A stretch of DNA of 64,000 nt from Diadema antillarum (lineage: Eukaryota), in contig NW_027271004.1 in assembly GCF_040938485.1 (NCBI RefSeq), forward strand, positions 1,054,001 through 1,118,000. Reading direction: 5' to 3'. The position numbers were made by a program, and so were the translations under genes. The notes below the pieces were generated by a model, which was not told where the DNA came from, searched no databases, and worked only from the letters and a program-made list of their open reading frames with translations. The number at the start of each line of letters is the position of its first letter. Position 1 is the first letter of the stretch. This document shows positions 1-17,629 of this stretch, one piece after another.

Positions 1-10
1 ACACACGCAC

Positions 11-11
<1 letters not shown>

Positions 12-61
<50 letters not shown>

Positions 62-72
62 AACACACACAA
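12..72. repeat. compound (TA)n/(CA)n microsatellite
   Basis: Directly visible TA run 12-50 followed by a CA-rich run. Confidence 0.95.
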
Positions 73-387
73 AACACAAACTAGCAATATTGTAGGAGCA
101 TATTAGTTTGCTCCCGCAGACAAATACTCCCACAATGTTAATTTTTTAACCCCTCCGGTGTTGACGGAAAGGGAAACGTAAGAAAATTATGTCAAAAAAT
201 TGAATTCCACAATGTAGCTCTTGCTTAAATAATCAGAATATATATACATATACATACCGTGTGTGTGTGTTGCCCCCCCCCCCCCCCCCCTCCCATTCCT
301 AAAACGGAGAACGCCCTAGTAATTCTTGGTAGGCCTACCCCCTACAAAATCGTAAGGTTCGGTCATCCTTCCATACGTAGGCCTATA

Positions 388-388
<1 letters not shown>

Positions 389-434
<46 letters not shown>
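389..434. repeat. (CA)n microsatellite
   Basis: Perfect CA run; explains the HTHTHT ORF at 259-507. Confidence 0.95.
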
Positions 435-436
<2 letters not shown>

Positions 437-479
437 GTCACATACATACACACATACACGCGTACACGCACAGACTTTT

Positions 480-872
480 TACTGTCCATGAAAATTTACC
501 AACTTAAGGAACGTTATAAAATTACCTAAGTACTGGTAAGAAATAGGCCTACCCAGGCTTAATGTGCAAAATAATGTTGGTAAATTATATTAGGCGAATT
601 TCAACCCAAGTATCAGTTGCCCAACAAAAATTACCCAACACGCAAAGGGAATGCGTCACCTACACAACAGCGGGGCAAAGAGTGCCCAACTCTCCATTAC
701 CAATTCTGTTGGTAAATATTCGCCCAATATTTAAGTAAAAATAATTGCCCATATGTTGGTCTAATCACCTAAAAGCTCAATTGGGCGATAACTGCCCAGA
801 ATGATGATTTTTTTTTCTACCAACCAAGGTATAGCCTACCCAACTAAATTTACCCAATATTTCAAGAGTGTA
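480..872. mobile_element. truncated MITE-like fragment with internal (tt)acccaa/ttggtaaat repeats
   Basis: Repeated CCCAA/TTGGTAAAT sub-motifs ending in TTCAAGAGTG|TA, a typical TA-flanked TIR end. The left TIR was not found. Confidence 0.4.
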
Positions 873-1385
873 CCATTCATGCAGGGACGTGAACTACATG
901 CGTGGCCGCAAGTGTCCGCTTCAGTACATAATGTGTTTATCAATTTTGTGACGCAGAATTTGTCCTTGTTTGATCGAGGTTTGTTGCTCCCCATCATCGG
1001 TGTTTAAATTCAAAGGCAGTTGAGTCTGAAAAGGCACCTCAGCCAAATAAGACCGAAATGGGGGAGGCGGTTATTTTGTCAGTGACGATCGATGCACGAT
1101 TACACAATCGTTATTGTCCAAACGTCTGAATGTACTCATTAAGATGCACATATTATTAGTAGCGGTGGTGAATATTGGATCAAAGATAGACCTCCGTTCA
1201 TAGTCCATGATATGTGTAGAGATTTAGGTCCATGCTCCGACACATATAGAAGAAGAAAGAAGTAGTAAAAGAAAGAAGAAGTGACTAGAAGAAGTGGCAG
1301 TAGTAGTAGCAGCAGTAGGCCCTATTATCATCATTATCATGATTAGGCCTAGCATCATCACCATCATCTATCCTACAGCGTATCC

Positions 1386-1577
1386 GGGCAATAACCCCGA
1401 GAGGGCAATTACCCCCCGGCTAAATACTGGTTAGTGGTAAGCTTAAGAGTAACGATTAGGGTTAGGGTTAGGGTTAGGGTTAGGAGTTTGAGTTAGGGAT
1501 AGGATTAGGTTCAGGATTAGGATTAGGATTAGGGCCAGGGGAAGGGTGCGGGGTAATTGCCCAGGGGGTAATTGCCC
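1386..1577. mobile_element. MITE-like element with internal telomeric (TTAGGG)n repeats
   Basis: Doubled GGGCAAT(A/T)ACCCC at 1386-1398 and 1403-1415 is inverted to doubled GGGGTAATTGCCC at 1550-1562 and 1565-1577. Four perfect TTAGGG at 1456-1479, then variants to ~1534. Confidence 0.75.
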
Positions 1578-2465
1578 TAGACCCCTGGGAATCATTGTGC
1601 AGTATATGCATGTATGATGGGTCATACATGCATATACTGCACAATGATTCCCAGGGAAAGAGTTTGGCCATGGGGTCAAGTGTGAGGTCAAGAGAAAATG
1701 TTCAAATGTCACAATTTCCCCATTTTGAAAATATCTGAAAGTATTGTAATGAAAATGGATGTTACCAGTCAGTGATTACTGAAGTTGTTGCCGATCATCG
1801 GGGTCAATGGCCAAGTGGATGGAAATGCTCAAATTTCCAATAAATTTGCTCATCTATACAAAATCTAGCCATCCATCCAAATTAAACCTAGTTCGCCTTA
1901 GGAAATTAAACATTCAACAAATTTGTGACAAACATTTTCTTAATTACTTATTGTTATTATTTATTTTTTATTATCATCTTTTTTTTTCTCACTGGCAATA
2001 ATACACGTGTATGTTGGTATGCATAATGGGGGAGGCATACCAGTCGCCATGGCAATATTTCTTGTTTTGTTTTTTGTTTTGTTTTGGTTTTTTTTTTTTT
2101 GTCTGTTTGCTTGTTCGTTTCTTTTTTGGTGTTGTTTTGTTTCGTTTCGTTTTGTTTTTGTTTTGTTGTTGTTGTTGTTGATGTTTTTTTTTCGCAAGGA
2201 CACGCCCACATGGCCAAAATTTTCCGCAATAATTACTATGTAACTATAACTGTGCAGCAGGTGTCGGCACGTAGTGAATACACTTGCGGTATCAGACCGG
2301 TGCAGGGTCAGTTCAGTCAATTGGAAGGCTGGTTACGGGTAGGCTGTCATCACACACATCAGTTCTGAGCTGTGCAAAGGCACTGTACCTGGTACTAGGT
2401 ACTACACTTGTAGTACTATACTGTAATATAATTCAAGGCTAGTGGGCCTCTGACTACTGAGTAAG

Positions 2466-4958
2466 ATGGATGACAAACTTGATTTTGAGGATTATTACGA
2501 GGAGAGGTGCGGTTCGCCCAAGGAAGACCGTGGGTATGACGATGAAATCGTTGAGTGGGAGCCGAATATGTTCGAGCCGCTTGACGGAGCATCGGGACAA
2601 TCTGATTTTGAGGATTACAGCAGGTACTCTCGTTACGACGATGGCGATGACGATGACGATGACGATGAAATCGTTGATTGGAAGCCGAATATGTTCGAGC
2701 CGCTTGCAGGAGCACCGGGACCGGTAACGACCACAACCCGTACCGCGCCCCGCGCCGGGGTTGCAGGACCGGGAGAATCTGATTTTGAGGATTACAGCAG
2801 GTACACTCGTTACAAGGACAGAGCACCGGGACCGGGAAAATCTGATTTGGGGGATTACAAGTACACGCATTACAACTACAAGGACAGGTATGGAGACGAT
2901 GATGGAATCGTTGAGTGGGAGCCAAATATGTTCGAACCGCTCTCAGGAGCGCCGGGACCAGGAGTTGCCGCATCAGCTGAAGGCAGGGCCAGAAATAATG
3001 ACCGGTAAGTCACAAGTGGCAGACTTTTATTCAGGTGTGCTAGCTATTAATATCATAGTTTGGTGTATTAAACGGAACTTGCCTGAATGATCCTCATGGA
3101 TCACTAGTTAATGGTAAAAACTGGGCCTTTCTGCCTGAGAGGATAAGAGTTCAACATATTTTATGACTCATTTTACTCTGATTTCATTTGTACCGTTAAA
3201 GGAAAAAAAAAAGGTTGAAATGTTGACATTTGTTACTAAATCATAATGCTAATACAAGGCCTTACTATGAACGTGGCTGATAGTAGTTCAGAGATCTTAG
3301 ATATGACCATAGGCAGTGTTTGTCAAATGTTATTAATTGGATAAGGACAGATAAATGGCATTGTACATATTTTATTCACCAAATCAGATAGGCTGTGTAC
3401 AGGTTTTACATCGATATGACCTCTAGATCTAGAGCCTATAATAAATGTAGCACACAATTTCAACTCAAAACTACACCTGTGGTACTACACCTGTGGTACT
3501 ATACCCCATAGTTTACTTCGGTGCCCCCAGTCCTGAAATAAATATCGATATTGGTTATACATGTACGTGTATTTTGTTATGTCATGCTGCAGGTATTTGT
3601 GCACTGGTGGCTATACACCAATGCCCAGAGTCAAAGAATCCAGCTGGAACTACCGTAAGCCATCGCAGAAATTCATGCCAACAAGGGACGGATATCTGGA
3701 AGAAAAGGGCCGCATCACAGGGCATCCAGGATTTCAGGCAGTGTGTTCGCAGCGATGGGTCAGGGAGACATCCTACAAACAATACTCCTTCACCCAACAG
3801 TACAGGGAGGAAGCTTGGCAACATGCAGCAGAATATGAGTAAGCTACTAGTACATAGATAATTTTCCCTTTGTCATTATAAGGACTGTACATCACATTTT
3901 TTTGTCAAAATTAAAATGTTCCCATTTCAAGAGTATTGCAAGCAAACTCTTGTTCTCTTTGTCTTTGTTTTGGGTAAAGACTAGTGGTAACATTTCCCTA
4001 TCGCCATGGTGGCTACCAACAAGCAATTACACAATGACTCACGGTTCATCTCAGTGCCACTGTATAGATCTGTTCTATGTTGTAAGAGAACCTGGGCCCC
4101 ATTTCATAAAAGATTGAATATGTACATTAGAAAATTGAACATAAAGCTTAAAGGGTGTGTACAGTTCTGGTCGAGGTGTAGATCTAGCTTTTAACATTTT
4201 GCGAGATATTCAGAAACCACTCTATGATATGTCAAAGAGCATGCAGTTCTAAGGGGTATCAAAAGTTTTTCCGATGAAAATCGGTTTTGAAATGGCTGAG
4301 ATATCCAAAAACAAGGTGAAACAAAGAGATCCTAATAAAGTTGGGGCATGTCGCCTTTTATTATTAGCACTTTTTGGGATATCTCAGCCATTTGAAAACC
4401 AATTTTCATCAAATAAACGTTGAATCCTTCTTAAAATTACAAGCTCTTTCATATTTCACAAGAGGCTTTTCATTTTCTCACTTAGGAATGTTCGAAACAT
4501 GAATCCCTACCTCAACCAGTACTGTACAGTCCCTTTAATGTTAAAGTTCATTGTCTGATGCCGACCTGTGTTTGATTTCTCATCTTTTTGTGCAACAAGG
4601 CCCAATTGTGACTAATGTATACCGGTAGTCTGTGCATGCGGGTCATAATTATAATTTTGTTGCTGTGTTACCATGTATGTATTTATATGTACACCCCCCC
4701 ACCCCCCCCCCCCCCCCCCCCCCCCCCCGCCAAAAAACAAAGCAACAACCCAACAATACACATACACACCACACACAAAATGAATATTCATACATGTACA
4801 TGTCTTCAATCTTCTGTCACGTTTACCTTTTTTCCTGCAGAAAATCAAGACACATGACATACGAACAGCGGGCTCGATGGTACTAGGAATACTTTGGTCA
4901 TCACATACGGTTTCCACTTCCGTCATGGGCCGTGAACCTGATCAAAAGTATATTCCAA
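2466..4958 (+). pseudogene. three-exon P2X7 C-terminal ballast/nanor/KolX-like gene with triplicated acidic N-terminal module; probable pseudogene
   Basis: Exons 2466-3004 (CCG|GTAAGT), 3593-3838 (CAG|G ... GA|GTAAGC) and 4841-~4958 (TTTCCTGCAG|A) join in frame through two phase-2 introns. Translation includes LCTGGYTPMPRVKE, ITGHPGFQAVCSQRWV and KSRHMTYEQRARWY*EYFGHHIRFPLPSWAVNLIKSIF, matching recalled ballast-domain motifs. In-frame TAG at 4884-4886; next stop at 5070-5072. Confidence 0.75.
4152..4534. mobile_element. non-autonomous DNA transposon with TTAA TSD (Kolobok-like termini)
   Basis: TTAA at 4148-4151 and 4535-4538. TIR AGGGTGTGTACAGTTCTGGTCGAGGT versus reverse complement AGGGACTGTACAGTACTGGTTGAGGT. 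Internal inverted AATGGCTGAGATATCCAAAA. Confidence 0.85.
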
Positions 4959-7061
4959 TGTGACTTCAGGATTGTTGTCCAAGAGAGATGGAATGGTCAA
5001 ACTTTGATATTGGGGGTTGTTTGTTGTTTTGTTCTTAAAGGGTGGTTGAGGAGCGGTTTGGGCATGATATGACAATTTATCTTGTATGGATTAACTGTCA
5101 TACCACCACTTGTTCGTTTTGGCCAAAATTGCCAATATTACGTCTGTATCGTGCTCGTCTAGTAAAGTTACAGATGTAAAGGATGGGACCGTTTGGGTGT
5201 TTTATGTTTTGCTTGTACTTCTGTTTACAGAGGGAGTCCTCTTTTGTAGATTTATCTAGGTTCAGCATGATTATGCAATTAAATCACCAGTTTGTTTGTT
5301 TTTCTTGTATGGTACATTGTGTTCCAGGAATTTCTAATGTCTGTCACTGTTGCAGGTCATGATACTTTGAGCCAGGTACAAGATACAGTGTAAGTGACTT
5401 ATGTCAGTGTACCTTTTGTTTATTTACTGTTGTTTTAAAAAAAATGCACTCACTTGTTCAACCACATGTAGAAGTACACTTGTACTTTAATATCTCTTTC
5501 TTATTTCCATACTCTTCAATTTCAACACCAGGGATGCATCTTTGCTTTGATTAAAAAAATATATCCAAAAAAAAAAAAAAAATTCACTATCATGGTGGCA
5601 AGGTTTAGTACAGTATGTAAAGTAAATGGAATGGATGTGTATACCAAGGTACCAATACTTGTTTCATGCATTCAAATGTTATAAAATGTCCAATGTATTT
5701 GTCTCTTTGGTCATATGTAGGTTCAGGGCATTTGTACAGTTTAAGACCAAAAGTTTGGGTGTACTATTAATGTGTTCCTACACATACTGGAAATCTGAGA
5801 CTGTTATTACTTGTACAGGATATGTGTTTGCAGTAGTTTGTCTTTACACCGTAGGCATGCTGCTCAGTGATAGTGGTGATGGCTACCTTGCGGGCGGCCA
5901 TTCTTCATCACTGTCATAGTCGGTATTCAAAGATGACAGCCAGTTCCTGCAACATAAGCTATTACAGAAAAAAAAAAGACAATTGTGAAAAATGTATTTC
6001 TCCCTAGAGTGCTTGTGCCTAATTACCAGCATAGGTACAGTATTCATGTTTCAAAGAGTTATCCTCTGCACTTTCACTGATAAGTGTTACTGGTAATACA
6101 TGTAGTACTGTTATGTATACTTGATTGACAAAATGAGAGAACATTCTCTATTCTGGTGCATTTTTTTTTTCTTTTGTCACTTGACAGTCTTTTTCCAAGT
6201 ATCATATGAGTGGATGGCAGATTTAGACACATATGAGAACTGTTTTGACTTGAATTGAGCCAACAATATTTTGGCATGTGTTTTTGTTTGTTTTCTGAAT
6301 AAAATTTGCCAAAAGTTCAAATGAACCCACTGTCATGATTTCACTTAGCTGTGTTTGAGCGTTCAAACGTGAACCACTATCAAACAAAACATATCTGTTT
6401 TAGGAGCTTGTAGTGCTCCTCTGGCGTGGTTACAGCATGGTACACTTTAAGGGAGTGTGCTTGACAGCACCCTTAGTCTTCAAGAGTTATCTCAAGAACA
6501 AGTTTAAGTAATTGAAGACAAAATGAACAAAATAAAACCACCACAAGTCAATCAGACAAGAGCAACAATCAATCGCTCTCCCTGCACTTACTTTTCGCAC
6601 ATCACAGGTCACGTCATTCATTACTCATGTTGCCTTTTTTAACTAATCAATGACAAAATGTTTAAGAAGGCCTTTACATACATGATGCATATTAATTTGC
6701 TACTTATGATCAAACTTTTTCAAAAGTCAACTAGTCTTTGTGCTGATTTAGTCAACCTTGAAGTTGAATTCTTCACTAATGAAAGGTGAAACAGGGAGAA
6801 TAAAGTTGAGGAATTATCAGTAAAATATGACTAAAATGGTAAAATTTTCATTTCTCATTACTCTGAGAAAGTTGCCTGCTTTTGAATCTTATTTGTGACT
6901 TGTAGAATATTCAGGTCCAAGAGCAATCAGACAAATCCATGTATACACACATACTTACACACACACATAATTTGTGCACAGATGTTGGCACTTCAAAAAA
7001 TCAAAGAAAAAAAAAGCATGAAGAAATCTTTTTGTTGCCATTATTAGGCTGACAAGAGTTC

Positions 7062-7067
7062 TTTATT
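7062..7067 (-). promoter_or_regulatory. RPS6 polyadenylation signal AATAAA
   Basis: TTTATT on plus, ~183 nt past the RPS6 stop, followed on minus by a U-rich tract. Confidence 0.7.
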
Positions 7068-7249
7068 TTCCCTGCTTTGTACACTTTCTAGACTTTTGGC
7101 TTTAGACCATAAACTCTACAAAGTAGTTCAGTCAGGATGGCTGCTGCAACGGTGTAGTCGATTTGGTTGAATTGATGGATTGAGGCTGTTGGGTAGTTGT
7201 ATGTGCAGACATTGGTTGTTACATAGATCTGCCGGAAGTGGTGTTGCAT

Positions 7250-14927
<7,678 letters not shown>

Positions 14928-14964
14928 CCTGACTCTCGTCGCCTACGACCATGTAGACATATTC

Positions 14965-14975
14965 AGAAAAGGGAG
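14965..14975 (-). promoter_or_regulatory. TCT/5'TOP pyrimidine-tract transcription start of RPS6
   Basis: CTCCCTTTTCT on minus, ~40-50 nt upstream of the ATG; the canonical ribosomal-protein gene initiator. Confidence 0.8.
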
Positions 14976-15941
14976 TTCAAAGGTGAAACGGGGAAAGACG
15001 TACGTAACCTCCAATCCAGGAGTTTCATTCAAAAGGACGTGCAATCACTACTGGTACAATGTAAACAACAACAAAGAACATTTTCCTTGATTACATGCAC
15101 TTTGTACGTATATTAAATCGTTACGTTCGAGCTCCTTGTTCTATGCGGCTTTATAATTATAAATGGAGTTATAATAAAATTTTTAAACGAAGGACGTGTT
15201 ATCTCAATCGCTATTTGGAAAAAAAAAACCCCAAGAACTTGAGAAGGTACTCAAGTATACAAAAGCGATTCTAGAACTTTCCTGTTTTATGTCAGGTTTC
15301 ACGACACGATTTTCTTCGTCTGTTTTGCATAAATGTGTGTGTGTGTGTTTGTGAGTTAGATAACAGAGTTGGTATCCAGTTATTGAAAAAATGAGATGGA
15401 CAAAATGAATATCTATTTTCATTTATTCATACGTATAAAGAAGATACACAACGGAAAGTAGGCTATAAATGGCTAAAACTGTATGATTTAAAAGGTTGGC
15501 TGTATAAAAGATATTATGCCATTGGCGAACTCGCGGGGGAGGGGTGGGGGGGGGGGGGGGAGGCCTGGGGAGGCGGTCAGGGGCAAGTAAACCCCCGAAC
15601 TAACCCGGATACGTCGTGACCAGGATATACTGTAATAGATTTTCAAAGAATTTGATCAGTAGATGAGAGAAATCACTCAACAATCAAAGAATCTAGTTTT
15701 GGGTGTTGAAGGTGTTCTTCTTCTTTTTTTTTTTCTTTTTTTTTTGGACAAATTGAAAAAATAACAAAACAAACGTAGGCCTATAGGCCTAACCTATTAG
15801 AATAGCCTATATGACCTAGCCATTGTAATTTATGTTTGCAAAGGCCTATTCATTTTTCTTGACTTTTTGTTTAAAATTGTCAAAATATTCCACTCAGAGT
15901 GTGTGCAATCGCTGATCATTGAATTGTGGTTCCCGCGCTCT

Positions 15942-16200
15942 NNNNNNNNNNNNNNNNNNNNNNNNNNNNNNNNNNNNNNNNNNNNNNNNNNNNNNNNNNN
16001 NNNNNNNNNNNNNNNNNNNNNNNNNNNNNNNNNNNNNNNNNNNNNNNNNNNNNNNNNNNNNNNNNNNNNNNNNNNNNNNNNNNNNNNNNNNNNNNNNNNN
16101 NNNNNNNNNNNNNNNNNNNNNNNNNNNNNNNNNNNNNNNNNNNNNNNNNNNNNNNNNNNNNNNNNNNNNNNNNNNNNNNNNNNNNNNNNNNNNNNNNNNN
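15942..16200. other. assembly gap (N run)
   Basis: 259 N between the RPS6 and UBE2Q starts. Confidence 1.
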
Positions 16201-16337
16201 GTTTCTGCTCGGGGTCCAAGCCAAAAGTATTGATTCACAACAATAGTTCAATATGAAAACTCCGTGAGAGACGTAGTTTTCACGAATTTTTGCCCATCCT
16301 AGGGCTTTGTCAAACATTGACAAACGTTGTGAATCAA

Positions 16338-16377
<40 letters not shown>

Positions 16378-16402
16378 CAAATTCACGTATTGGCTCCAAT
16401 AT

Positions 16403-16505
16403 AACGAAGAATCAAGAAATAAACTAGTAATGCATTATTTCACCCATAAACTCATTCTTTATTGGCAAAATAATGCATTACTAGCTTATTTCTTGATTCT
16501 TCGTT
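16403..16505. repeat. near-perfect 38-bp inverted repeat flanked by (TA)n tracts
   Basis: AACGAAGAATCAAGAAATAAACTAGTAATGCATTATTT, 27-nt loop, AAATAATGCATTACTAGCTTATTTCTTGATTCTTCGTT (1 mismatch). Confidence 0.9.
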
Positions 16506-16506
16506 G

Positions 16507-16557
<51 letters not shown>

Positions 16558-17629
16558 TATATATATATATATTTGTAATATGATTTCTAAACTGTTTCTC
16601 ATGTCGATTCACATTACCTGGACTATAGAATCATTTAAGCTACAACAACAACAACAACGACAACAACAACAGAGAGAGAGAGAGAGCAATGAGTTTTGGA
16701 ATTTTGACATTATGGGGGTATTTTTTAAGTAATAGTATTATAAATATTATCTTTCTAGTATCTTTGCGGTTTCATTCAATTTTCCTTGCGTTAATTTTTT
16801 TTAATCATAAAACATAAGTGATCAAAGAATTTGGTGATTGCAAAAATCTTCGGTGACAAAATATTTAAGAAAATCGGACCATCTGCATCTTCAAAACACA
16901 TCAATAGTAGGCCTACCGTATGCTGCCCGCTCTAGATGGCAATTCACCGTCTGCAAGAATCGCAAATAATTGAAGGAAATTAACCCGAAGAAGAAAAAGA
17001 AGAAGAAGATCTAATATTTGGTGTGGTCAACAATAAAGTAGATACAAAAAGAATTTCACAAAATGTTCACTTCTTTTACAAAATTGTCTAAACTTTCTAC
17101 TCGATCCCATTGTTACTGCATGGGAAGATGCGCTCTTTGCTTTTTCTGAAGGATTTTTGTTCAAGTGCCCGTGTCGATATCCTGGATTGTTTTATAAAAT
17201 CTATTGACAATATTAATACGATGTATTTAATTTCATATTCTGTTATAATGTGTAGTAATTTCAACAATGAAATTTCATGTTTTTTAGAATGCAGAGTCAG
17301 TGCGGAGATGTGTAATAGCCCAACAGGCAGGAAACTTGTGGAAATTTGTGGTTTAGCGACCTCTTGCGTTAGGATGATGAAGTCCCTTCCGCCATCTTCA
17401 CGCTATCAGTACACAGTTCTGTGTGTGTAGGATGAGCAATACAGTACATACGGTGTTATGCACGAACTTTTGTTTAGAATCGCCGACATTTCTGTGATAT
17501 TCGCACATCCCCGATATCCCAGCTTCGCAGTGTTCGTAGGCATCACTGGCAACGAAGAGTGGAAAGAAAAGCTGGTGGAACAAATGACTGTGACTGTGAT
17601 TTAGCGCAGCAGCAAGAGTATTTTTCAAA

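Noticed and set aside
1957-2368. Hydrophobic or Lys/Thr-rich ORFs
   Set aside because: Produced by T-rich simple repeats.
2416-2973. 185-aa Cys-rich minus-strand ORF (metallothionein-like look) and other frames over 2454-3090
   Set aside because: Antisense or alternate-frame shadows of the repetitive plus-strand exon, which has splice and homology support.
15830-16386. ORFs spanning X runs (also 54563-55002)
   Set aside because: Artefacts of the N gaps.
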